Virus record (IMG/VR): IMGVR_UViG_3300030376_004602 | Location: 1-64,000 of that record | DNA: 64,000 nucleotides | Strand: one strand, 5' to 3' | Source of the DNA: a virus | Taxonomy: Duplodnaviria > Caudoviricetes | Part shown: one piece after another, positions 26,701 through 38,700 of the stretch | How the letters are laid out: every line of letters starts with the position of its first letter | Position numbering within the stretch: position 1 is the first letter of the stretch | Notes under the pieces: model-generated | The model's database searches: none | The model's input: only the letters and a program-made list of their open reading frames with translations | Told to the model about the DNA's origin: nothing | Translations under genes and position numbers: made by a program

Positions 26701-29700
26701 GGCTATTGCTATTTATAATGAAAGAGGCGACAGAATAGGGTATGTGGGATCTCCATTAGCTATTTCTTCTAAAAGAAGAAATATGACTACGGAAGAGATG
26801 CTAGAGGAAAAAGAAAACCTTCGTACAATAAGAGCTCAGATCCTATCTAAAACTCGTAATGGAGAAGCTGCAAAAGGTAAGATTAACTCTATAACCAAAC
26901 AGTATACTAACTTCAAAGAGGAAGGGTCTCCAGACTCAAGATCCATAGACGTATTTGGAACAGATGTTATTATTGGTGTTGCTACTGCAGAGGGAGTTAC
27001 ATTTGAGGGAGGCTCTAATAACCTTACTCAAGCTGCAGGCTCAAAAATAGAAGCTAAAATGGAGGACTCTGAAAGACTAGACGACCTTACACCAGGTCTT
27101 CCTTATGCTTTTGTCCCTGTTAGAAAAGATAACAAAGGAGCCATCTACTATGAGGCATTCCCCCTATTACCTCAGGATCTAAATGCAGGTTTTATTAATA
27201 CAGTTATCTATGCCCTAAAGTCTTGGGCAGGCGGTATCGATGCTAATATTGATAAACAAAATAGAGACGAGGCTTCAGCAACATTAGGGCTTAATCTTAA
27301 AAAGAATACTAAACTTCGCAGCTTGTCTATGCTGTTAGAAAGATTCTTTTTACCACGTACAGAACATCCTTACGTAGCAGATGATGAGACTAGAACTTAT
27401 ATCTATTTAAACCAATCTAATTCAGAAAATGAAGTAATTGAGCTTGTTGAAAATGTTGGAGGACAGCAGTTCGTAAGAGGGACAATTAGAAGAGGGGAAC
27501 AGTTAACTGAGGATACTATTGCTACCTTAGAACAGTTTCTTGCCAATGAGCAGGTACAGATTGACCTAAGAAATATTGATGGAATACCTTACATCATTAC
27601 AGACCGTGATGGTAATGTAAAAGAGTCAATCGAGTTGGCCGACTTTAAAACCCACGTTCTAAAGAATACTACTACAGGTCTTAATCCTGTGGAGTCTGTA
27701 CTTAACGCTACAGGCCGTACTATTTTTTATAAATCTCCTAAAGTTACCTTTTCTGTAGAGAGTGATAGATCTTTAGATACCTCAGCACCTGAAAATGAAC
27801 AGGAAGAAGAAAAGCCGCCATGGGATACTTCTAAAGAAAGTGACCTAACTATAGAGCAAATATCTAAACTACCATTTGTAGAAAGAATACCAGCCCTTAT
27901 TAAAGCAGGTATAATTGCATCTGATGTAACATATAACGTAGGTAAAAGATTTCCTATAATAGTAAATATTGGAGGAGTAAAAGTAGGATTCTACAGAAGC
28001 TCTGAAGGAACAGGAGGTAAGAAAAAAGGTGCTTGGACACCTATGTTTGGATACGGCGAGGATGGAGGTAATCCTTGGTTAATTAAAGGAAATATTGCTA
28101 CACAAGTAAATGTTAACTATGGCAGCAGTGCTATACAAGAGTATGCGGATATACTTAACAAAACTCTTAATTGGGACCTTAGTATAGATAAAGGACAAGT
28201 AAAAGATCACCCTTTTTATAAAGAACTTAGACTAGTTGAGAGCACGCAAGCATTTAACAAGGAGTTATATGGGGTGGAAAATCTAGGTATTATTAATGGT
28301 GAAACAGATGTTAGCGGTTTTATTAATTCTAAAGTACAAGAGATTAACGCCGCTACAGGTAAACCTTCATACGATGAGGCCGATCAAGTAGATCCTGATA
28401 TCCTAAGCGACCTAGAAACAGACGATGATTTGCCATCTTCATCCGAAGACTCTTTTATCCGAGGTATTGAAAAAGAGGAATATACGGAAGAAGAGAGGAA
28501 TGAATTAGAAGACATTATTTCAAGGTATGTTAAAGATCCAGAGGACGGTTATGATGCAGTAATATACTTTACCCAAGGGACTACACCCCCTGGACGCGGA
28601 ATAGAGGACTTTTTATCTGTTGAAGCTAATCTTAATAGAGACCCCCTCTATAAAAAATGGCAGGAAAAACATACTGAACGTATAAAAAAAGAATCAACTA
28701 GGGATACAGCTCCAGATGTTGACGATTTAGTAGGAGACGCTGTACCACCTGAAGTAAAAGAAGAGCACAATAAACGACATATTAAAGGCCTTACTCCTAC
28801 TCAAAACTTTGAGATAGTAGGGCACTTGGCTAATACTATGTTCAGAAAGCTAGTAGAGCTTACTACTGATCAAAGAGTTAAGAAAGTATCTAGAAATAAA
28901 CTATATCAAGAAGCGCTAGAAGAAACTATGGCTTCTTTTGATAAATATATTGCAAGACTAGAAAAAAACTTAGCCAGAAAGCAAGCTCAAGAAAACGAGG
29001 CTTTAAAGAATAAGATGGAGGCTAGAATAGCAGGTCTTAAAAAGTACAAGCAGGCTGTAGAAAACGAAGCTGCAAAGACTAAAGAGCTTGCTACTCAGAA
29101 GCTTAATCAGTTTGAGGGTGTTAAGGGCCAAAGGTCTGAAGAGGATTTAGAAAATATAGAAGAGACTGCACACGAAAGAAGAAACTTTAGCGAGGACTTT
29201 TTCTTGACTGTAGACAGTAAGAAGAGCACATCTAAAGCTCTAAGAAAGTTCCTAAGCAGCATACCTTTAATCAAGACTAAGACTCAGACTATTAAGAAGG
29301 GCGATGATAACATTACTGTGTCTAGTAAAGCTATGCCTGCCCGTACTACATTTGGTGCTCCAAAGTATGCAGACTTTGATTCTGTGTATAATAAACTACA
29401 CTCTCTTGAAGTAGGATCAGATGCTAATTTATCTAACCAACTTACTAAGCTAGCACAGCTGTACGTAGACTATCCAGGTATGAAGCAGGAGCTCAACTGG
29501 CTACCAGGTCTAATAGTAAGTCTAGGAATAGATAACTTGCAAGGCACTAAGAAAAATAATAGAGGAGAAGAAAAAACCCTAGCAGATGTATTTTTGGAAG
29601 AAGCTTTAGGGCCAGACGATGCTGACCTTAGTAATCTAGTTAAGCTTATGGCTTCTACTGACTTTGGAGTTCCGGCAGGAGAAAAAATCCAAAGACAGTT

Positions 29701-32700
29701 TGCTATTAATATGTCTAAGGCTAAGGTAAAGGCTCCACTAGTTCTTTATCGTGCTGTACAAAAAGGAGGCAAAATTAAGTTTGAGGTAAACCTTACAGAC
29801 CATAATAATACTGATAACTCTAAGCAGATCATAAATGAAATGCAGGAAGGCTTCCTAAATAAGCTGTATACATATAATCCTGAAACAGAAGAGTACGAGC
29901 CAGATGAGACTGCTTTCGAGAGAGCTATTCAGCTTTTAGAAAGCTACAAGAAGACTCCTCCAACCCAGAAAAATAGTGATAACTACAAGGACCTTAGAAA
30001 GCAACTACAAGAGGTCCTAGGTATATCCATCTCTACTCAAACTTTCCATACTCTTGCTACAAAAGGATATAGACTTGGAAGGCGTAAAGTTCTTCTTAAT
30101 AGAAAAAATAAGAACGTATTTAGTATTGACGGGGCTCCATTTAGAGTGTTATTAGACGCTCTTAAGAGTTCTAAAGGCAAGCCATTCAACCCTGAGGTAA
30201 ATGTCTTTACAGATAATGCTATTAAGAATCTAGCACAGATGGAATCTCTATCTCAGACAGCTACTCTTAGTAATGCTTTCCGTGTAGGCGATAAGACTAT
30301 CTATACATATACAGAGCATAACTATGCTACCTCTCAGATTCAGACTATTCTAACTGATCCAAAGTATAGAGAGCAGCTACAGAACACTGTCTTTGCAGGT
30401 GAAAGTCTTTGGCTACACATGATGTCTCCTATGGGAGGACAAGTCCTAGAGATAGACGGAGATGTTGATGCTGGTTCTAGTATTGAACTAGGTATTCTAA
30501 ACTTCCGCCCTGTCAAAGAAAGAAAGGAATCTAACCTAACTACTGATGACCTAGATGGTCAGAATATGGACGATAACCTCTTTACAAGGTTGGCTCTATT
30601 TACTGCAAATGCTAGTGCTAGTAGAAAGTCTATTGTAAAAAAGGACGAAAACAACAAAAATATTTACTCTTTTAAAAGCCGTAAAAGCACTACTGTACCT
30701 CTTGCTTACTCTGATAAACATTCAGTACTAACAGTAACAACAGCAATGCCTGTCTTTACTATTGGTAAGGGGGACGGGGTTACCTCGGATACCATTAATA
30801 TTTTTTACGAACATGTATTGATGGCAGAGATCTCTCGTATTCAAAATATGTTTGATATCGATGGAACTAACGATGCTGCATATGATGCCGGTAAGTCTGC
30901 TTTCCACCTAATGCCTGAGATGAATACTACTACGGTAAAAGATAGAGGTGGAGAAACAGACACTGTTGCAAACTATGCTGCTAGAGGAGCTTTTGATCCA
31001 ACATCTGTTAATTATGATGAAAAGGTTGTAGGAGCAACAAAGAGAGCACTGGGAGATCAACTTAATGTTCTTATTAATGAGCAGATAGAAGACTTTGCAA
31101 AAGCAGGTATTAACCAAGTAGCAGGAAAGAGTGAGGCTACTTTTGTATCTAGCGAGTACATCAAGATGCTAAAAGCCCAGCATAAAAATGCAGGAGTAAA
31201 ATTAGAAGGAAATAAGATTACTAAAGCTGTAGCTGCTGATTATGTGCTTAATCATATGCTGTCTACTGCAAACATGTTCCAAATGTTTGTAAAAGATCCA
31301 GCACTGTATACTAAAACAGATGGTGAAGGAAATGTAGACGCTGCTTCTACCTTAGAAAATATTCAGAAAAGACTTGCTGCAGTCATTGCACCAGGTACTG
31401 CTACTGCTATAGAAGAAGGTAATGATGCATATGTACAACTCTTTGCTAATGATGTTAAGTATTCTGAGTTCTTAGGAGAAGGAATTAAGGAGTACTTCAA
31501 AGGCATTAAGAATAAAAAGCACAGAGAGTCTTACAAGGGCGCTGAGATTACCGATGGTCAGGAGTTAATTACCTACCAGGAGTATCTAGGCACAATGGTT
31601 AGCCAAGGTCAGATTACAAAAGCAGAAAGAGCTCAGATAGAAGCTGTCGTAAAAGATCCAAATAAAAAGATTCCAGAGTGGATGATGGACGTTCTTTTTG
31701 GTGCAGAAAAACCAGTTGCTGTAGCTGATAAGTTCGTCACACTTAAAGATGGTCAGAGAATAGAAAAACGTGTCTATGTTAAAAGCTCGGGTCTACCTTT
31801 AATTCCTAAATTTACTAAAGGTACAGAGCTAGAAAATCTTAGAAAAGCTTTAGAACAAATACAAGAAAAAAGCGGTCTTCCGGTTAGACTTGCATTTAGT
31901 TCAGCAGTAAAAGTAGGATTGCCTGAAACTGCTAAAAACACTAATATCCAATATACAGAAAAGGATATAGAATCTCTAAAAGAGGAACTACCTGAAGGAC
32001 TATCTGCTGAAAGAAGGAATGAAGAAGAAGAAAAACTAGATGCTTTACTAGGTACTATTAAGCCTGTTAAGGAACTAGTGTCTATGTTTAATGGAGACCT
32101 TACAGAAAAAGAACTTAATAGTGATGAGGCTTTCTTAGAAGATGAATCTCTTCGACCTCCTAGGCAGATTCTACAACGTAAGTATTGGAGAATCCAGCAA
32201 GCTACTCCTAACAAGAATAAAGACATAGCTACTAGAGGTACTCAGGAGTCTAAGATTATTCTGTCTGAAGTAAAAGAAGCTTTTGGAGAAGAAGCAGGTA
32301 CTAAGCTTATTGAAGATTGGAACAGCCTACATAGTAAACTATTTGGTCTTCGTATTCACGAACTAGAAAGAGAGATTCTAAACCCAGACGGGTCTATAGA
32401 CAGAAAGGCCTTAGCTGAGTTCCTAGACAGAGATGCTAATGAAGGAGGAGTTAGTGTCAATACTAGATATGGATTAGAGGTAGATCAAAACGGAAAGTTC
32501 GTTATACCTCTGGATCTATCCGCTGGTACATTAGAATATCAAACTCTTATTAATGCTATAGCTAATAAGAGGATTGCTCAGAAGAAAGTAAAAGGACAGT
32601 CTACTGTATTAATGACTGAGTTTGGCTTCTCTATTAGAGAGGGCCAAGATCTATCAGACAGTGGTATTGTTTGGACTCAAGGGTTTGATTTTCAACATGG

Positions 32701-35700
32701 TAAGCTTAAGCCTGCTAGAGTAGAAAACGGAGTTGTTAAGCCTGCTCAGGTTATCGTGCCTAACAAGTTCTTTGTAAACGGTAAGAGGGTAAATCTTAAA
32801 AAGTACATTATCAAAGGTGAGCAAGGCCAGATGATTCTGGATACTAATCGTATGCCTGCTGAAATACTAAAAGGGTTTGGATTCCGTATTCCTACTCAAG
32901 GGTATAACTCTATGGCAGGTATTGAGATCGTAGGTTTCTTGCCAGAATCTATGGGAGACGTTGTCGTAGCCCCAGGTTCATTTGTAAACCAAATGGGATC
33001 TGACTTTGATATTGATAAAATGTTTAACTACTTCTATAAGCTAGAAAGAAGTACAATATCTCGAAGAGCGGTTACGGATGCAACTATTGCAATTAGTGAC
33101 GAAATAGCGGCAATAGAGTCTGGTAAGTCTAGCCTAGAAGACTTTAAGAAAAGAGGAGATAGTGAAGAAAATTACCAAGCTTATTTAGAAGATATTAATG
33201 ATCAGATAAAGTCTTTAGAAGAAGAGCTACAAAATCTGAAAAGTAAGAGTACTACTTTTGTAAAAGTAACAGCGGATGATTTAAAAGATAAACCTTTTAA
33301 TGAGCTTACTGAAAAGGAGATTGCTAGACTAGAAGATGCCTTGCTTAATGAAGGTCTCGACATGAGACTAAAGATTATGGGCAAGAATGAAATCTACCAG
33401 ACTATGTCTGCGCCTCTTGACTTTGGTCTATTAAAGTATAAAGACGAAGAAGGAAACGATACAGGTCTTAAGTTCTACTTTAAGGATAAGAGGATGTCTA
33501 CTAGAGCATCTAGCCGTAACCCTCTTGCACCTGGATATCATACACAGAAGTATCAAGATGCTAGGGGAGCAGGAGCAGGAGTTGGTGTATTTGCTAGAGG
33601 TATTACCTTCCAGTCAATGGCTCAATCAGGTGTAGATGTAATTCCAGGAGCTGACTTTAAGCTTGGTAGATTTAAGTCAAATAACATTACTGACTCAAAA
33701 ACTGTTACTAATAATAAACGCTCTAAGATAGAAGTCCTTACAGCATTCTTATCTGCCTCTCTTGATAATGAAAAAGAGCAGATCATGAACTACCTAAATA
33801 TTAATGATGATACTTTTAGTACAGCTACAGCTATGATTCACTCTGGCTTTGAGGAGGATCTTGTTTTGGCATTCTTGGAAAGTCCTGTTTTAAGACTACT
33901 AGCAGAAAATAAAAGATCAAGAACTAAAAAAACTCAGATAGCCTCATTTTCAATATTTAATAGGCTGGTATTAGACTTAGTGCCAAAAGATTATAAAAAC
34001 CTGACCGAAAAAGAAAAGGAAGAAGAAAGAGAAAAAATAATAGACGAGGCACGTAAAGAGCTAGCAGGCTCTTCTTTTGAAACTAAAGAAGAAACTTTTA
34101 ACAGGTTAATCCAAAACTCTGATGTTACTTTAAAATATACTCCTCCTAAGATAGGAGTAAGTAGTGCTAAAATACAGTTCTTAAATGAGGAAGGGAAGCC
34201 TTTAGAAAAAGATGAATTAAAAAGAGCAAAACTTTTAGCTATTGGGTCGCTAGATTTAACAGGACAATTCAAAGATATATCAACGGATATACTTGCAGCA
34301 CAAAGACTACTAAATGTAGATTCAGGAGGACTTGGTAAAAATGCTTATGAAGCGTATTCAAAACTAGAAGACTATATAGGCTTAGCAGATTTACAATTTG
34401 GAATATCGTTTCCTCACCCTATTTTTAAAGCTCTTATAGGAGAGCACAGGACTCTGGTTTATCCTGCAAAGATGGAAGGACAAGAAGAAGTAAATGCTGA
34501 AGAACTTGCAGAATATTTAACAAACGAAACTGAGCTAATAAATCAAGGCTTCATTAGGATAGCAAAAGCTCCAGGTAATACAGACGTATACTTTTTAAAA
34601 CCAGTTTCAACTCCAGCTACTATTTTTGCAGAGTCTATGGGGCTTACATCTCGTATATACGAGGATACAATGCCTGTATTAGTTGACTATGTTTTAAATA
34701 ATGTAGACCTATCCTATCCAGCAATTCCTAAAAGTCTTCGAAATCAGTTTCGTGCAGACAAAAAGGCTAAGATTGTACATGATACTCTTAGATCCATTCT
34801 ATTCTCTTCTACCGAAAACTGGATATCTGGTCAGTTTGAAGAGGCTACGGGACTAAGTACTCAGCCAACACAGCAAACTAGTGATACAATAAATATATAT
34901 GCAGGAACAAATGAGAATGCTGAGTTAAGTAATTTTGCTAACAGACCTGTAATGGATCCGTTAGGGGCTGAGTTCAAAAATGTAGAAGCAGCATTTCAAT
35001 ATGCTAAAACAAATTTTGCAGACGGAGACAATGAGTCTATCAAAATGAAACTCCAAAATGCTACTGGTGCACAAGCTAAGGCATTAGGTAGAAAGATTAA
35101 AGGTTTAGATGTAAAAGCTTGGGATGAAAACTCTGCAGCTATAATGAAGGGCCTCATAAAGGACTCTTTTGAGCAAAATCCTAAAGCTCTTGAAAAGCTA
35201 TTAGCTACAGGTAATGCTACATTAACTCATACACAAGATAAGACTAAGTACCGCGAATTGTTTCCTAAACTATTAATGGAAGTAAGACAGGAGTTAGGCG
35301 GTTCTCAATCAACAGCCTCAAGCCTGGTGCAGATTCGTAGAGCACTTATGTATGGAGATAACACTCTAGCACTGCGGGTTAAGGAAGCTATTAAAGATCG
35401 TAGACTTTCTAAGAACCCATTCCTAAAGTCTCTAGTTCTATCTACTAAAGCAGGCGAACGTCATAAGGTGACCTTTGCAAACTTTACTCCTGATGGTATG
35501 ATGGATGAGGACAAAGCAGATGCATTTGCTCAACTCTTTCTTATGCCTGACCAGAGTCCAATAGAGGGATTAAAACTAACTCCCGCACAGCTAGGAGCTC
35601 TTCTTGTAACTTACTCTATGGTAACAGGAGGTAACCAAAAGGCTCTGGAGTTTGTTAGGTTTGTTCCTAACTCTTATCTAGTAGGAACAGGTTTCTATAA

Positions 35701-38700
35701 AGCTATCAATGATAAGCTTACTGAAACTTTATCAACTCGTTCTGGAAAAACAAATCTTAGTATGTCTATTATGTCGCAGCTTGTTCAACACAATCCTACG
35801 TTAACTTATAGAAAGAAAAGAACTCAAACAATTAAGAAAATAGAAGGGTCAGATAACTTTACTATTTCTGGTTTAAAAGTAGAAGGATCAAAAAGTTTAG
35901 GCACCTTAAGAGCTGTTGATAAAAGCCAAAGGGTACCAGAAACCGTTCCCTTTTTACATACTATTTCTAAAAAAGGAAACATTTCCTTGTATTACTTTGA
36001 TGAAGATCTTAACACTCCTGGTAATAAAGCTATATATACTAAAATTGATGTTTTAGGAGATGGAGGAGACTTAAACGAGTTTTCTGCAGGTCTAATTAAT
36101 GCCCAGTCACAAAATGCATTTGGTATTTCTGTTGTACCGTCTAATAAAAAGGCATACGTAGAGGAGTCTCTTCAGCAAGAGGAAACTTCTGAGCCAGATG
36201 CTAAAGGAAAAATAGACTTAGAATCTCTTATACAGAAAGTAGTAAATAAAACAGTAGAAAAAGTAATCAAAGTAAATACAGAGCCTGGAGTTAAGGTATC
36301 AAGAAAACTAGAGTTAAATTCAAATGGAGAAAGTGATCCTATAAAAACTATAGAAGCAGTCGCTACAGGCTCTGACAGTCCTATGTTTAGACAACTTGCT
36401 GCGGCATTCTTAACTAGAAAAGACGATCTTAAAAATATAACGTTTAAAACCAAAGCTCTTAAAGATGGTAAAGATGCTGGAGGATCTTATACTTATGATA
36501 GCAAAACTATAGAGCTAAGCTACTCTAACGACAAGTTATATAATGAATATGCTATCCTTCATGAGTTTGGACATGCTTTGACTAAAGATGCTATAGTAGC
36601 ATTTGAAAAGGGGGGTACCTACCCTAATGCTAAGGTTAAGCAGGCAATGAAAAATATTGCCGAAGTTCAGAATCTATATGTTCAATACCTAGAAGCACTA
36701 AATCCTGTAGAGCTTGAGGCTTTCAAGAAAAAGTATGATGAGTATAGGAGAAGAAAGGGACTAAGCGGTAAAGATAGAGCTAAACTACCTCCTCTAGACT
36801 TTAGTAATAAAAAAGAACTAGGTAAGTACTACGGAGGTCTTAAGCTATCGGAGTTTGTTACTATGGTACTATCTGATGAGGTATTGCAAGCAGAGCTTGA
36901 TAAAGTAATGCCTACGTTAGAAGGAGCAGCTGCTGCATCTGAAAAGAGTTTGTTTAGAGAACTACTAGATGCTATTAAAGAAATTCTTGAAGGTCTTACA
37001 GGAGTTAGCCTGTCTAAGTATACTGTCGAGCAAGCAATGACTATTGTCACTCAAGGTATGGATACAAAAGTTCAAGGTAATCCTGGGTCTACTGCATCTA
37101 CAGATACTACTAATGATAGTGCTAAAGAATTTGCTAAAAAGTTTGCGCCTAAGATAAATCTTAAAATAAAGGGAGATAAGAATAAAGATTTATTACCAGG
37201 AAGTGAAGCCTCTAATGTGTTTGACTCTAATCCTAAACTAGCCAATCAAGTATATGGAGCTTTAGGACTTACTGTTGTGAACGAGTCTTCTACTAACATA
37301 GCTTCTACAATTTATGAGTTGATCCCAGATATTACAGAAAGCAAAATTGATGAAATATATAATAACTATGTTTCACTAATAGGAAAAGCCAGAAAGGATA
37401 AAGAAATATCTAAAGATGCTTTCAAAAAATTATTGAGAAAGTACCAAGTCTTTAACTACAAGGATACCTACATATTTGGGCAGTATGATATGGACAATGG
37501 GCTATTTGTAACTAGAATAAACTCATCTCCTACTTCTAAAGAGCTACTAGCTGAAGCTTTACCTACATTAGTAAAGCAAGGGATTGATTTTGCATCGTTT
37601 GTGCCTAAGGATGTAGCTCAGAAATATAAGAGAAGTGGGTACTCTCTAAGTAAAGAAGGTTTTGCCTATAACTTTAAGGGGGAAGATATGGTTAAATACC
37701 TAGCTGTTTCTAATCCAAACATATCTCTAAAAGTCTTTGGTAAAACTTTAGAAGAAATCTCTGCTAAAGAAATAAAAGACTTTAGCAAGGATCAGACACT
37801 AAGCTATAAACCAGTGGAGATAAAAGGAGAGCTAATAGAAAAGGCAGGTAATGATTTATCTAAGATACTAGAAACATACCTTAATCAATTTGGTATAGTA
37901 GTAAAGGATGTAAGTACTATAAAAAATGCTCTAAATATTGATGAATTAGGATTTGCTGATATCTTGTCTAAAGTTGCTTATGTAGAAAACAACAAGGATC
38001 TTCCTCCTATTGCAGGAGAGTTTATTGCCTACATGATGCAGTATAACCCTCTAGTATCTGAGATAATAAAAGAGCTATCACAAACAGAAAACTATAAAAA
38101 ATTAGACAAGTCAGAGTATTTTAAAATTGTAGGAGGATTAATCTCTGATGATCTACAAAATAAACTAGATGAAAATTATTCTCAGTCTTTACTACAAAAG
38201 TTAAAGCAGTTAATACAAGAGTTTTTCAGCCTACTAAGAGGTACTCGTATAGATTTAATAAACAAGAATGTAGGTATCATTTCTAACAATATTCTACAAC
38301 AAAATAAAAAGCTAATTACAGCTTCTTTGTATAAGCCTGGAGCTTATGGAAAGCCTACTAAACAAGTTAGTTTAAAAGAGGCAATGGCTTCTGATAAATT
38401 TGGTTCTTCTATCATCAACAAGTTAGCTAAGGAAGGCTTTATATTAACAGGTTCTACCTCTCTAGGAGAACAAGGTACTATACAAAGACCAGATGAAAAT
38501 CTACTGCATGATATTGACTGGGTAAGTCCTTTTAATAGAGAAAAGACTGCTGAAAAGTTTTTAAAACAGTATCCAGATGCTATAAAAATTAGAGACATAC
38601 AAGGAGATAGTTTTGTTACAGATACTTGGATTATATCCCCTGAAGGATATAGTATAAAAAATCTAAACAAACAATCTGATTACAATATAATTACTTCTTA

